A stretch of 56,839 nt of DNA from Patescibacteria group bacterium (GTDB taxonomy: Bacteria; Patescibacteriota; Kazan-3B-28; UBA10110), in assembly GCA_016936175.1 (NCBI GenBank), contig JAFGPN010000018.1, positions 1 through 56,839 on the forward strand, given 5' to 3'. Under the pieces are notes generated by a model. It saw nothing but the letters and a program-made list of their open reading frames with translations. It was not told the origin of the DNA and ran no database searches. Below are positions 30,600 through 41,247 of this stretch, one piece after another. The first letter of the stretch is position 1, and each line of letters starts with the position of its first letter. Position numbers and translations under genes: made by a program.

Positions 30600-32248
30600 A
30601 CCAGAGCCGATTTATCCTCCAATATCCCGTGAACTTCTTGTTTACGTTCTTTGGCGGTTATCGCAAACCCCAAATACTTACCCAACATTAACCGGGTTTC
30701 CGCATCCAAGGCCGGGATAGAGCCAAAGATCACCCCGGAGATGGGCACAAATATCCATTGTAAAATCATCTCCAGTCGCTTCCAGCGGGGAAAGTGCTTG
30801 GGCATCGGCGGTAGTAGGCCCTGTGCCACGATTACCGATATCACCACGCCCACCCAGGTGATGCTAAGTAGATTTCGGGCTAACACTGGTAGATTAAAAG
30901 CCAACACTGTAGTTCTAAATTCTGGGTTTAACAGCAGAGGCATCCAGCCACCCAAAGCGATTAGCAACGAAGAGGTAGACCAAGATACATGGCCTTCAAA
31001 GGTTCGAAAAGGATGAATAATGCGTTGATACCAGGTTAACTGACCACGAGTCGAAAAATATTTCTCCATTAAATACGGTAGGTGCTCTATCCCCCACGCC
31101 CACCGGCGTTTTTGAACGTACTGCGCCTTCATTGTGTCCCAAACATTTTTACCCAATACCGCATCCATCGATACCGGGCTAAAGATAGGTATAGCGCGAT
31201 GATTGCCATTGTATCTAAAATAGGCCCGATAAAACTGCCGAGAATCTTCGGACACAATCGCTCGGTCCCAAAAATCAATATCAACTAGGGTTTTTAAGCT
31301 CATCGCCTGCGAAGAGAAATTAATCAATCGATGTGGCCGGGTTGATTCGATCATCTGCCAATAAGATGAGCCTAGCGCCACTAATCGGTTGAGCATCGGC
31401 ACATCCCATAAATTATTATTAAATAACGGGATAGGTTGATAGCTCCTAAAGGTTCGCTCTGGATTTAGAATATACTCGTAGGTAACGTTGGCAAAATATT
31501 GCCGAGAAGGCAGAGTATCGGCATCGAAACAAGATACCATAATGTTGTCGTAAGCTAGTTCTCGCTCATCGACGTATCTCTGTAGCTCTTTGCCGGCATG
31601 ATAGACATTAGCCCCCTTGGCTTTGAGCTCTCCCGCAATCCCGTCGGGGTGAACCGTAATTATTACATCGGCGAATACATCTTTGTATTCCTCTGCCACC
31701 CGACGAACCACCACTTGTGCCGATTCACCGGCTCGCTCCTCGGTCGCTAACACAATTACCAGCTTGTCTTTGGGGTAATTGCTATCGGCGCACGCCCGAA
31801 GCGAGGTTGATACTAATTCGTAACTTTCTTTATAAATAGCATAGATAACGACATGCAAAACCTCGTTCCACTGTTTTTGTAATCCCGGCAAGGCTCGCAT
31901 CTGCTCTACCTGGGCCAACTCTTCTCTAATTCTGCTCGCCTCAAACCCCTTAGCTAACTGATACTTGCGGGTCAGCTCGTTGGCCCAATTTTCCAGATCC
32001 ACAGTTTTTTTACAGCGCTCCAACCAATCTATCCGCGTATTCCGCTTTAGGTGAATATAGCCAGCTACCAGATGGCCGCCCATAACCAGGGCCTTGGTCA
32101 ACCAATAGGTATCAAACAGAATAATAAAATAGGCCACTCCGGCCGGCCAGACAAAAGAAAAAATCACCGGCAACGCCAAAATCAGCCAGGAGGTCATCCC
32201 AGGAAACATCTCCCAAAACCGATAACTTCGAGCCCTTTTCATCGGCAC
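30596..32248 (-). CDS. Membrane GT2-family glycosyltransferase
   Basis: KGAN, DAD, SED, QKRRWAWG (QxxRW), TM segments. Confidence 0.9.
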   Translation of the reverse strand: MPMKRARSYRFWEMFPGMTSWLILALPVIFSFVWPAGVAYFIILFDTYWLTKALVMGGHLVAGYIHLKRNTRIDWLERCKKTVDLENWANELTRKYQLAKGFEASRIREELAQVEQMRALPGLQKQWNEVLHVVIYAIYKESYELVSTSLRACADSNYPKDKLVIVLATEERAGESAQVVVRRVAEEYKDVFADVIITVHPDGIAGELKAKGANVYHAGKELQRYVDERELAYDNIMVSCFDADTLPSRQYFANVTYEYILNPERTFRSYQPIPLFNNNLWDVPMLNRLVALGSSYWQMIESTRPHRLINFSSQAMSLKTLVDIDFWDRAIVSEDSRQFYRAYFRYNGNHRAIPIFSPVSMDAVLGKNVWDTMKAQYVQKRRWAWGIEHLPYLMEKYFSTRGQLTWYQRIIHPFRTFEGHVSWSTSSLLIALGGWMPLLLNPEFRTTVLAFNLPVLARNLLSITWVGVVISVIVAQGLLPPMPKHFPRWKRLEMILQWIFVPISGVIFGSIPALDAETRLMLGKYLGFAITAKERKQEVHGILEDKSALV

Positions 32249-32251
32249 CTA

Positions 32252-32638
32252 TTATGCACCAATCGCCACCAATGACAAGGTAATGCCAAACACGATTGTC
32301 TGGATAAAGAAGGTGGCCCCCAGTAGTAACCAAGCCGCCAGCAGGTCCTTGGGGTAGATCTTAAACACTAACCACGTATTAAACGAGATTAAGGCCAGGT
32401 TAACCAACGGCCATAATACATCCCCCAACCAGCTTAATACCCCTAAATCAAATCCCAGGGGTACGGTTAGGGCGATTGGGTACGGCGCTACCCAAATTAG
32501 CCACAACACCCAAGATACGATGTGCAACAACCAGGCTATATAAATAAATAGGTAGAGATTTCTCTCCCGCCGCTTTAACCTCCCCCACTGATAAAAGAAA
32601 TCCCGTCCCCCACTCCATTCGAAAAGCCTGACTTTCAT
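32252..32638 (-). CDS. Hypothetical membrane protein
   Basis: Three hydrophobic segments, operon packing. Confidence 0.7.
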   Translation of the reverse strand: MKVRLFEWSGGRDFFYQWGRLKRRERNLYLFIYIAWLLHIVSWVLWLIWVAPYPIALTVPLGFDLGVLSWLGDVLWPLVNLALISFNTWLVFKIYPKDLLAAWLLLGATFFIQTIVFGITLSLVAIGA

Positions 32639-32707
32639 AATCTTAATTTATCAGTAACTTAAACTCCGGCCAAGACATCGCCCGTAATTTATCAACTGCT
32701 AATAATT

Positions 32708-33232
32708 CTATTCGCTCCTGGATATAAAACTCGCCACAATCATAAATAATAGTGGCAAGATTAATAACCACGAGTAAAAGTTAACTAATGGGGCCGCTAT
32801 AAACGAACCATCAATTACTTGTTGCTTGGTTTCGTCCGGCAAAAAGTTAAGGATAGAGGCGGCAATCAATGCCGCGTTTAATACGCTGTAGCCGGCCTGA
32901 ACAACAAAACCCATCAATCCGCCACCGCCTATCGAACCCTGAAGCATCAACCCACCCTTAGTGGCAATTAGCAACAATACGGCCGCAAACAATATTACCT
33001 TAACTATAAAGATAGAGAGATTACCACTCATCCAGCCGCTATTTATCACATCGTTTTCCTGGCTGAGCATGGCAAAAGCGCTCGCCCCCCACTGGTTAGC
33101 AATTACCAGTCCAACGTAAGCCCCCAATAGAGTAATAATAACTTTTTCCCGACCCATCAAAAAACCGTAGACCAGGCTGGCCCCCAAAAAAACTAACAGC
33201 ACTAAATCCCAAGTAGGAACCATCAACTTCAA
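32708..33232 (-). CDS. CvpA-like membrane protein
   Basis: WDLVLL...YGFLMG pattern, multiple TMs. Confidence 0.6.
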   Translation of the reverse strand: MKLMVPTWDLVLLVFLGASLVYGFLMGREKVIITLLGAYVGLVIANQWGASAFAMLSQENDVINSGWMSGNLSIFIVKVILFAAVLLLIATKGGLMLQGSIGGGGLMGFVVQAGYSVLNAALIAASILNFLPDETKQQVIDGSFIAAPLVNFYSWLLILPLLFMIVASFISRSE

Positions 33233-33280
33233 AAATTAACTGCCCTAACTATAACAAAATTGCATTGGAATGGGAATTAG

Positions 33281-34369
33281 TTAAAGCTCGTCCCTTAAAT
33301 CTTCTAACAATCGCTTTTGTTTTAGGGTCAGACGTTTTGGGATAACTATCTTAACTTTTATAAACAAATCTCCGTAACCGGATTGGTTTAGGTTTGGCAA
33401 ACCCTTCCCGCGTAACCTAAACACCTCGCCACCGTTGGTTCCGGCGGGAATCTTTAGAGATAACTTTTCGTCCAGCGCATCTATCTTTATCTCGCCGCCT
33501 AATACCGCCACCGGGTAGCTTAAGTCCTCTGTGCGATAAAGATCAGCTCCCCGTCGCTCAAATCGGGGGTCAGGCAACACCGTTATAACAATATACAAAT
33601 CACCCGCTCTGCCGCCACGCCAACCAGCCTCCCCCATCCCAGATAGCTTAATGGTCTGGCCGCTATCTATGCCGGCCGGAATATCTATCTCAATCGTTTC
33701 CGATTTATTAAGTTTGCCTTCGCCGTGGCAAGTGCGACAAGCTTTAGCTGGTTTCTTGCCGGTGCCTCGGCAAGCATCACACAACTGAACTTGAGCAAAC
33801 GTGCCCAAAATAGTTCTACGGCTAACTCTTACCTCGCCCTGACCGTTACACTTATCACAAGATACCGATTTGCCATCAACAGCCCCGCTACCGCCGCACG
33901 CCTCACAAACCCGCGAACGATTAATCCCCATCTTTTTCTTGGCGCCGTGAGCGGCTTCGGCAAAGCTCACCTGGAGATGACCCTCTATATCACTACCCTG
34001 ATTAGCATGTTCGGGACTTTTCCGTCTCTGCCTTCCGCCACCAAAAAAAGCGTTAAAGATATCATCAAATCCGGCCATATCTCCAAAATCCTGAGTAAAC
34101 CTGGAAAGGTCCTCTGGTCGAAACCCCGAAAATCCGCCTTGAGAATAATTATCAAAAGTCTGGCCAAATTGGTCGTACTGTTTCTTTTTGGCATCATTGC
34201 CTAAAACCTGGTAAGCTTCGTTAATTTCTTTAAATCTCTTTTCGCCTTCGGCGTCACCTTTGGTTTTATCTGGATGGTATTTTAAAGCCAACTTCCGATA
34301 AGCTTGTTTTATCTCGTCCGTAGAAGCTCCCTTACTAATACCTAATATTTGATAGTAATCCTTGCTCAT
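33281..34369 (-). CDS. dnaJ: Chaperone DnaJ
   Basis: J domain with HPD, G/F region, four CxxCxGxG repeats; start MSKDYY. Confidence 0.97.
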   Translation of the reverse strand: MSKDYYQILGISKGASTDEIKQAYRKLALKYHPDKTKGDAEGEKRFKEINEAYQVLGNDAKKKQYDQFGQTFDNYSQGGFSGFRPEDLSRFTQDFGDMAGFDDIFNAFFGGGRQRRKSPEHANQGSDIEGHLQVSFAEAAHGAKKKMGINRSRVCEACGGSGAVDGKSVSCDKCNGQGEVRVSRRTILGTFAQVQLCDACRGTGKKPAKACRTCHGEGKLNKSETIEIDIPAGIDSGQTIKLSGMGEAGWRGGRAGDLYIVITVLPDPRFERRGADLYRTEDLSYPVAVLGGEIKIDALDEKLSLKIPAGTNGGEVFRLRGKGLPNLNQSGYGDLFIKVKIVIPKRLTLKQKRLLEDLRDEL

Positions 34370-34477
34370 AATTAATAGCTGGCCCCATAGCGGCATACTA
34401 ACTTTTTGTCATTCTGAACTCGTTTCAGAATCTCAGATCCTGAAATAAATTCAGGATGACGAATGATTTTTTATTTT

Positions 34478-35110
34478 TTACTGTAACTCTACCGAACCAC
34501 TGGCCGCGTTTACTCGCCAAACCAGCTCATCCTGACCAGATTTAGATTGATACGATACCACCCAGCTTAAAATATCTCGCTCGGGTTGCATTAGCAGTAG
34601 GTTAACAGAATAATTACCGGAGTGATTAGCTCTAAAACTGCTACCGCCAGCTTGTTCAACTATCTCCAAAGCTTGGGTAAAGTTTATTTTAAGATATTCT
34701 TGAACGATATCTTCCGGCAAGGTCTCACCAAATATCTCGGATTGATCGTAGGTAGAACGGATATCTTTAGCGACGCGCGGGTTATTTACCACATAGTTGG
34801 TGGTTGCCTCAGGCGCCTGAAATACGTAAACATAGCGGGTTAAAAAATTATAATCTAATCCGCCATCAAATCTTATGGAGATAGCGGCCAATTTTGCCTG
34901 GGCGTTCCAAGAGCTGGCCTGCTTGTGGGCACTGGCTAACTCCGATACAAACGCCGCGTCTTCTTGGATGTAATCTAACTGCAGAAAACTCCCGGCCGCC
35001 AAGGTCGGTTGCACTTCGTTTTTATTCAGCAAGGCGTTAACCACTCCCCAACCGCCAAGACCGATTAAAACTAAACCCAGCAACAAAGAGATTACTTTGG
35101 GATATCTCAT
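34478..35110 (-). CDS. Exported protein with PepSY-like C-terminus
   Basis: Signal/TM; ALEIVEQAGGSSFR...W.V.Y...VNAASG; paralog of next gene. Confidence 0.7.
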   Translation of the reverse strand: MRYPKVISLLLGLVLIGLGGWGVVNALLNKNEVQPTLAAGSFLQLDYIQEDAAFVSELASAHKQASSWNAQAKLAAISIRFDGGLDYNFLTRYVYVFQAPEATTNYVVNNPRVAKDIRSTYDQSEIFGETLPEDIVQEYLKINFTQALEIVEQAGGSSFRANHSGNYSVNLLLMQPERDILSWVVSYQSKSGQDELVWRVNAASGSVELQ

Positions 35111-35111
35111 C

Positions 35112-35816
35112 TTAGACTATTTTCACCTCACCCGAATTGGCATCTACTTGGATCTGTAATTTAGCCCCGCTGGCATCCGTAGCTTTGTAGGTAATAAACC
35201 AGTTTAGATATTTTCCGGCCGGACGCGCTAAAATTGCCGAAACCTCAAAAGTTTTATGGGCAGATCGGAACGATGCCCCGCCTTGAGCTTCGGCCAGTTG
35301 AAGCGCTCTGGCATAATTAGTGTTCCAGTATTGAGCCGGAATCTCCAACACGCTAAAGTCTAACTCAAAATCTTGGACCGGCATTAGAAACCGCTTCATC
35401 GGATCTAAGTTATTTCTGGGGACATTAACCAAAAAGTAATAGTCCGGCTTGGATAGCGAGCTGTATATATAGTAGTTGGTAGAGAGACCAAAGGTGTTAG
35501 AGAGCGAATTGATGTATTTAGATGAGATTAGCACCAAAACCGCGTCCGGCTGAATTAGCCGAATAAAATCGGTTGCCTCTTTGGTCTCCCGAACTAACTG
35601 AGCCTGAATAACGGTTGGGTCCGCCAATCCGCTTTCTGGCGCGCTAGTTCCGGGATACGGGGTAAAATCGGGATTTTGATCAGTAGTGGTATTACTAATA
35701 CCATTATCAAGCGAATTATCGGCATTATCGATTGGCCGCCGCTGACAACTGGCCGCCGAAAGCGTCATTAAAAACGCCACTCCCAGCAACCCCCAAATTA
35801 ACCACTCTCTCTTCAT
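35112..35816 (-). CDS. Putative lipoprotein with PepSY-like C-terminus
   Basis: LSAASC lipobox-like; ALQLAEAQGGASFR...WFITY...VDANSGEV. Confidence 0.7.
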   Translation of the reverse strand: MKREWLIWGLLGVAFLMTLSAASCQRRPIDNADNSLDNGISNTTTDQNPDFTPYPGTSAPESGLADPTVIQAQLVRETKEATDFIRLIQPDAVLVLISSKYINSLSNTFGLSTNYYIYSSLSKPDYYFLVNVPRNNLDPMKRFLMPVQDFELDFSVLEIPAQYWNTNYARALQLAEAQGGASFRSAHKTFEVSAILARPAGKYLNWFITYKATDASGAKLQIQVDANSGEVKIV

Positions 35817-35834
35817 TACCTTAATGATATCAGA

Positions 35835-37754
35835 TTATTTCTGCTCTTCGGAGTCGCCTTCTTTAAACTCGCCCTCTTTAGCGTTACCGTTGTCAGTCGA
35901 TTCTTTAGGCTGGTCACCGGCCGGGGCCTCGGGTTGTTGTTTATACATCGCCTCGCCCACTTTAGACAGTGTACCCGAGAGCTCTTCGGTAGCCTTTTTT
36001 AGTTCATCGGTATTATCGGTATTAAGGAGCTCTTTAACCGCCTTTATCTTGGCTTCGATGTCGCTCTTCAACGTGGCGTCCACCTTGTCGCCGGCATCTT
36101 TAAGCGCCTTCTCGGAAGCATAAACCAAACTATCGGCTTGGTTTTTAACATCTATCTTCTCGCGCTTAGCCTTGTCTTCGGTGGCGTACTTTTCGGCTTC
36201 TGCCGCCATTTTTTCGACTTCCTCTTTGGATAAGCCAGACGAGGCGGTAATGGTTATCTTCTGCTCCTTGCCGGTGGCTTTATCTTTGGCGGCCACATTA
36301 ACGATGCCGTTGGCATCGATATCGAAGGTTACCTCCACTTGAGGCACCCCTCGAGGCGCTGGCGGAATACCATCTAAGATAAACCGACCCAGAGTTTTGT
36401 TATCGCTCGCCATTTCTCGTTCGCCCTGCACCACATTTATCTCGACCGAAGTTTGGTTATCTGCCGCGGTCGAAAATATCTGCGATTTGCTGGTTGGGAT
36501 AGTGGTGTTGCGTTCGATTAGTTTAGTGGCCACTCCGCCCAAGGTTTCTAACCCTAACGATAACGGCGTTACATCCAACAACAGAATATCTTTAACATCG
36601 CCCTGCAATACTCCACCCTGAATTGCGGCGCCCATCGCCACTGCTTCATCGGGATTAACGCTTTTATTGGGCTCTTTGCCAAAGAATTTCTTAACCGTTT
36701 CTATCACTAACGGCATTCTGGTCATCCCCCCTACCAAAATTACCTCATCGATGTCCGAGGTGCTTAAACCGGCATCTTTGAGCGCCTTCTCCATCGGCGG
36801 GATAGTATTTTCTACCAAATCGCCCACCAACTGCTCTAATTTAGAGCGAGATAACTTCATCACCAGATGCTTCGGGCCAGATTCATCCGCGGTTACAAAC
36901 GGGATGTTTATCTCGGTCTCGGTAGAGCTGGATAGCTCTTGCTTGGCTTTTTCGGCCGCTTCTTTTAATCGCTGTAACGCTAACTTATCATCAGCCAAGT
37001 TAATTCCCTGGTCCTTTTTAAACTCTTCGATAATCCAGTTGATAACTCGCTGGTCAAAATCATCACCACCCAAATGGGTATCGCCGTTGGTGGCCTTAAC
37101 CTCAAACACCGATTCGCCCTCGGAATCCCCGATCTCTAAGATGGAGATATCGTAAGTGCCGCCACCCAAATCGTAAACAGCCACCTTCTCGTTCTTTTTG
37201 TTGTTCTTATCCAAACCGTAAGCCAGTGTGGCCGCGGTTGGTTCGTTGATGATTCGCTTAACATCAAGGCCAGCTATCTGCCCGGCATCCTTGGTGGCCT
37301 GGCGCTGGGAATCATCAAAGTAGGCCGGAACGGTAATCACCGCTTCTTTTACTTCTTCTCCCAAATAGGCTTCGGCATCTCGCTTGATCTTTTGTAAGAC
37401 CAGCGCCGATATCTCTTGAGCGGTATAATCCTTGCCGCCCATCTCTACAGTAGAGCCACCGTTGCTGGCCTGCTTTATCTTGTACGGCATCAGTTTTACA
37501 TCCTTTTGTGTTTCGGGGTCGTCAAACCGCCGACCGATAAACCGCTTAACCGAAAACACGGTATTATCCGGGTTGGTTACCGCCTGCCGTTTGGCCAGCT
37601 GTCCGACCAGTGTATCCCCTGCCTTGGTAGTAGCCACCACCGAAGGTACCGTCCGGCCACCTTCGGCCGACGGAATAATCTCTACCTTGCCGCCGCGCAT
37701 AACTGCGGCCGCACTGTTGGTTGTCCCCAAATCAATCCCAATAATCTTATTCAT
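35835..37754 (-). CDS. dnaK: Chaperone DnaK
   Basis: [32 protein letters not shown]. Confidence 0.99.
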   Translation of the reverse strand: MNKIIGIDLGTTNSAAAVMRGGKVEIIPSAEGGRTVPSVVATTKAGDTLVGQLAKRQAVTNPDNTVFSVKRFIGRRFDDPETQKDVKLMPYKIKQASNGGSTVEMGGKDYTAQEISALVLQKIKRDAEAYLGEEVKEAVITVPAYFDDSQRQATKDAGQIAGLDVKRIINEPTAATLAYGLDKNNKKNEKVAVYDLGGGTYDISILEIGDSEGESVFEVKATNGDTHLGGDDFDQRVINWIIEEFKKDQGINLADDKLALQRLKEAAEKAKQELSSSTETEINIPFVTADESGPKHLVMKLSRSKLEQLVGDLVENTIPPMEKALKDAGLSTSDIDEVILVGGMTRMPLVIETVKKFFGKEPNKSVNPDEAVAMGAAIQGGVLQGDVKDILLLDVTPLSLGLETLGGVATKLIERNTTIPTSKSQIFSTAADNQTSVEINVVQGEREMASDNKTLGRFILDGIPPAPRGVPQVEVTFDIDANGIVNVAAKDKATGKEQKITITASSGLSKEEVEKMAAEAEKYATEDKAKREKIDVKNQADSLVYASEKALKDAGDKVDATLKSDIEAKIKAVKELLNTDNTDELKKATEELSGTLSKVGEAMYKQQPEAPAGDQPKESTDNGNAKEGEFKEGDSEEQK

Positions 37755-37804
37755 GTTGCACTCCTTTCATTGTCATTCTGAACTTGTTTCAGAATCTTAT
37801 TAAT

Positions 37805-38128
37805 TTATTTAACGTCTTCCAGCGGATAAACATCATATGCGATTTCCTCGTATGGATGTACCCGTTTAATCGCTGATATAGCTTCTTTTAATTTTTCTCG
37901 CTCACAAACCATCTCAATTCGCTCTTCTTCGACGGCCTCCAGTTTACCGACCTCACCAATTGCGGGGTTGGCGCCAGCTTGTGGCAGGAATCTTCCCACG
38001 CCCTTGGAGGAAAAGCTGCAATTTGTGTAATTACCGATCTTGCCAGCACCTGCCTCGCCCATCGCTTCGCGTACCGCGTCAGCGTGTGATTCTGGGACAA
38101 ACACAACTATTTTGACGTTATTGCTCAT
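37805..38128 (-). CDS. YqfO/NIF3-associated PII-like small protein
   Basis: KIVVFVP, GAGKIGNY..CSF, HPYEE. Confidence 0.88.
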   Translation of the reverse strand: MSNNVKIVVFVPESHADAVREAMGEAGAGKIGNYTNCSFSSKGVGRFLPQAGANPAIGEVGKLEAVEEERIEMVCEREKLKEAISAIKRVHPYEEIAYDVYPLEDVK

Positions 38129-38306
38129 GTATATTTCTCCTTTGTCATTCCGACCGCTCCCCTTTCCGTCATTCCCGCGTAGGCGGGAATCCAGACAGAA
38201 ACATTTTTATTTTCTGGATCCTGAATAAGTTATTTATAAGCCTACGGCAGTAAAGTGTTTTCAGGATGACAGTGGGTAGAGCAGGGATGACGACCGGGAG
38301 TGGTCG

Positions 38307-38834
38307 TCATTTTCCGACTCGGACCTTGGCGGGTTTTAGTACCCTGTCTTGATATTTTAATCCGGCTTCGAACTGCTCTATCACCGCATCGTCTTTGTGC
38401 TCGTCGTGTTCTTCGTGGGAGATGGCTTCCATCGTAGCTGGATCAAACTTATCGCCCGGCTTGACCTCAATCGGCTCTAAGCCTTCCGCCTTAAATACTT
38501 CGGTAAACTTTTTTAAGATATTTACTACCCCATCCATCGCCCCCTTTTGGCAGGTAACCACTTCGGCTGGGATAGTAGCCGGATCTAATTTAGTGTTTTG
38601 AATAGCCGCTAACATTCGTTTTAAATCTTCGTAGATATCTAATATCCGGGTTAACAGCGCCATGCTCATAAACTGGGTCATCTCTCCCCGCAACTTATCC
38701 TGCTGTTTTTTATAGTTATCCAGATCGGCCAACGCCCGCTTGGCCACGTTCTCCCAATCGGTAGCGGGTTTCTCTTCTGGTTGAGCCTCAGCTTGAGGTT
38801 GGATATCATCTTGCGGTTTGTCCTGTTCATCCAT
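38307..38834 (-). CDS. grpE: Nucleotide exchange factor GrpE
   Basis: RALADLDNYKK, FDP..MEA, RVLKPAKVRV; ATG 38834 preferred because ATG 38852 lies in a REP-like repeat. Confidence 0.95.
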   Translation of the reverse strand: MDEQDKPQDDIQPQAEAQPEEKPATDWENVAKRALADLDNYKKQQDKLRGEMTQFMSMALLTRILDIYEDLKRMLAAIQNTKLDPATIPAEVVTCQKGAMDGVVNILKKFTEVFKAEGLEPIEVKPGDKFDPATMEAISHEEHDEHKDDAVIEQFEAGLKYQDRVLKPAKVRVGK

Positions 38835-38908
38835 ACTTTTCCCTTTCGTCATGCTGAACTAGTTTCAGCATCTTAGATCCTGAAATAAATTCAGGATGAC
38901 AGTGAATA

Positions 38909-39610
38909 TTACAGCTCTTCGAGCAACTTTTTCATATAATTTACTAACGGTAAGGTTTTGTCGTAGCGCATTCGGGTTGGCCCAATAATACTGATTACTC
39001 GCTTATGACCTTGTGGGCCAAACCGAGAGATTACTACAGTAGCATTCTGCATATTTTGGCCACTGCCTATCAGCACCTGCGCATCTCCCTGTTCGGACAG
39101 ATCGCCCAAACTTTTAACAAACTCCTGGGGCTTTTCGACCGCTTCCATCATCCGCATTCTAAAAGCCTGGTCATCGAACTCGGGTAGTTGGGCCATCTGG
39201 CTAAGTCCCGAGAAATATACTTTATCCGCATCCATTAAAAAGCTGACATTTCCGGTAGCCTCGGCCAACATCTTAGCCGCCGCCCGATATCGCGCCTGCA
39301 AATCGCGAATACTTTTTAAATGGCGAGACAATACCTCTTGCTGTTTTTTAGAGAGCTCTTTTTGCCGCCGTACTAACAGCTTTACATAGTGCTGATACCC
39401 CAACTCGGTTGGAATCCTCCCTGCCGACGTGTGTGGTTGAGCAAGCAGGCCCAAAGCCGTCATCTCTGCCATATCATTACGGACAGTGGCCGAACTAACC
39501 TCGTAGGGCAACTGCTCAGCTACCTGAATAGAGCCAACCGGCTGATTAGTATGGACAAAGGTTTCGGTTATCAGCCGCAACACATCTTGTTTTCGGGTGT
39601 TACTATCCAT
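38909..39610 (-). CDS. hrcA: Heat-inducible transcription repressor HrcA (short form)
   Basis: PVGS, SSATVRNDM, QPHTSAGRIPT, IIGPTRMRY. Confidence 0.95.
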   Translation of the reverse strand: MDSNTRKQDVLRLITETFVHTNQPVGSIQVAEQLPYEVSSATVRNDMAEMTALGLLAQPHTSAGRIPTELGYQHYVKLLVRRQKELSKKQQEVLSRHLKSIRDLQARYRAAAKMLAEATGNVSFLMDADKVYFSGLSQMAQLPEFDDQAFRMRMMEAVEKPQEFVKSLGDLSEQGDAQVLIGSGQNMQNATVVISRFGPQGHKRVISIIGPTRMRYDKTLPLVNYMKKLLEEL

Positions 39611-39678
39611 TCAATAACGATTAATCTATTATCTGACCCTGAGTGCAATCGAAGGGAGCTTTTCTATGCTAAAACCAT

Positions 39679-39705
39679 TTAGCACTCGTGTCAAGTGAGT
39701 GCTAA
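39679..39705. promoter_or_regulatory. CIRCE operator overlapping the -35 of the hrcA promoter
   Basis: Perfect TTAGCACTC-N9-GAGTGCTAA; TTGACA-17-TAGCAT on the minus strand (39694-39666). Confidence 0.95.
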
Positions 39706-39783
39706 ATCCCCCATAAAAAACAGCGCCCGAGGAGCGGGCGCTTAGGCGCTGTTAAGGAGATTCGATCGGGAAGTAGAGCAGGG

Positions 39784-40446
39784 TCAGGAAGTTGATGAGG
39801 AGGAACGTTTTGACGCTATCCGTAAATAACGCCGCCGCTTATACCAATCTTCATACCAACTCCAAGTCCAGACTACGGTCCCACCCACTGCCAGTACCGA
39901 CCACAGGATCTGACCGATAAGGTAACCGACGACGAGCGCCGCTACTGTTACAAGCCAGGTTGGCCACCCGCCACCTTCTTCGTCAGTCGCACGGGCGTAC
40001 GTCAGAAAACACAGGGCCGGGATAATCCCGAGCCAGCAGGTACTCAGCCAACCCCAGCCTAACTGGGCAAAGCCCATCTGCCACCAGATCAGGCCATACC
40101 CAATAGCGCTGACGACAGCACCCCAGAACAAAAATTCCAGGGCATCAAGGAAAGGTTCATCTCGAGTCAGATCATACAGGCAATCCACTTCCTCGTCGTA
40201 GAAGAGGTGGGTGTCTGCCGGGAGCTCGGCTTGGGGTTTGCGGCGCTGTTTTTCATCCTTCCAGCCACGCACAGCGGCCAGCAACATCACCACGACGGCC
40301 AGCACCGCTACGATGGGGACAATCCAGACTAAATCGCTTATCATATTATGCCTCTTTTTCAAGCCGCTGGCTTTGATATAGATAGTCACTCGAGGGCCGC
40401 TATCTACCAGCATCCCTACCCTACCGAAAAACCCACTCCAGGTCAA
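39784..40446 (-). CDS. Hypothetical membrane protein (start probably at MISDLVW)
   Basis: Trp-rich TM segments. Confidence 0.65.
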   Translation of the reverse strand: MTWSGFFGRVGMLVDSGPRVTIYIKASGLKKRHNMISDLVWIVPIVAVLAVVVMLLAAVRGWKDEKQRRKPQAELPADTHLFYDEEVDCLYDLTRDEPFLDALEFLFWGAVVSAIGYGLIWWQMGFAQLGWGWLSTCWLGIIPALCFLTYARATDEEGGGWPTWLVTVAALVVGYLIGQILWSVLAVGGTVVWTWSWYEDWYKRRRYLRIASKRSSSSTS

Positions 40447-40450
40447 TAAA

Positions 40451-40479
40451 AATCAGTCCCGGCGAACCGGGACTGATTT
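40451..40479 (-). terminator. Rho-independent terminator
   Basis: aatcagtcccgg-cgaa-ccgggactgatt with adjacent A/T run. Confidence 0.7.
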
Positions 40480-40507
40480 AGAGTTCAGATTGTATCGTAT
40501 GTTGCGC

Positions 40508-41011
40508 CTAATAGGTCAACATAGCCCTTACCTTTTGACCAGACTTCAGCACATTGACCGAATTAGGGGCGTAGATGGCATGGGTAAAGATAGGCATAAC
40601 CCAAACATCGCCATAGATTGCCTTTGTCATCGCTTGGTCTTTAACGGTAGCGTAGTATAGTGTACCTTTTTGACCAGATAGTTCGGTGGTATTGATTTGA
40701 TTAGGATTCAGATCAAATACCATCGACTTCTGAGCACCGCTGGCAAGCGTCTCGATTCGATAACCAGAGATCACATATTCGGGTGACACGGCAAGCTGTC
40801 GCCACGAAACATCAACATCTCCATTTAACCTCACCGTTGCGCTGGCCCTGGTTATTAACGCAGGCCAAGTGCCAGATTGCGCTTCTGATTTGTCCGCCAT
40901 CTGCCACATACCAATTAACAGCGCGATTACTACAATCAGGCCAACTATGCCCCAATTGATGGTAATACCTTGAGATTTAGGGGCTCTCTTGGCCCGTTTC
41001 TTTTTTGCCAT
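40508..41011 (-). CDS. Hypothetical membrane-anchored protein (beta-rich, Fn3-like?)
   Basis: Basic N-terminus, TM, VSW...GYRI pattern; AAGGAG SD. Confidence 0.7.
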   Translation of the reverse strand: MAKKKRAKRAPKSQGITINWGIVGLIVVIALLIGMWQMADKSEAQSGTWPALITRASATVRLNGDVDVSWRQLAVSPEYVISGYRIETLASGAQKSMVFDLNPNQINTTELSGQKGTLYYATVKDQAMTKAIYGDVWVMPIFTHAIYAPNSVNVLKSGQKVRAMLTY

Positions 41012-41141
41012 CTCCTTAAAAAATTACCAATATAATTTTATAACCAAATAAACCGCGCAGACCAAACATCTGCGCGCACACACTTTTGCCAAACCAATCG
41101 CACTATACCACTTACTACCTACAAGCGTCAACCCCCGACTC

Positions 41142-41226
41142 GTCATCCTGAATTTATTTCAGGATCTTGGAGATGCTGAAACGAGCCTGTCCGCGGACGC
41201 GGGATGCGGCCAGGGTTCAGCATGAC
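41142..41226. repeat. Paired REP-like palindromes, second one interrupted by a 30-bp element
   Basis: gtcatcctgaa..ttcaggatc and gatgctgaaacgag[41186-41215]ttcagcatgac. Confidence 0.85.
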
Positions 41227-41247
41227 AGACAACACCGGTATTAATCC

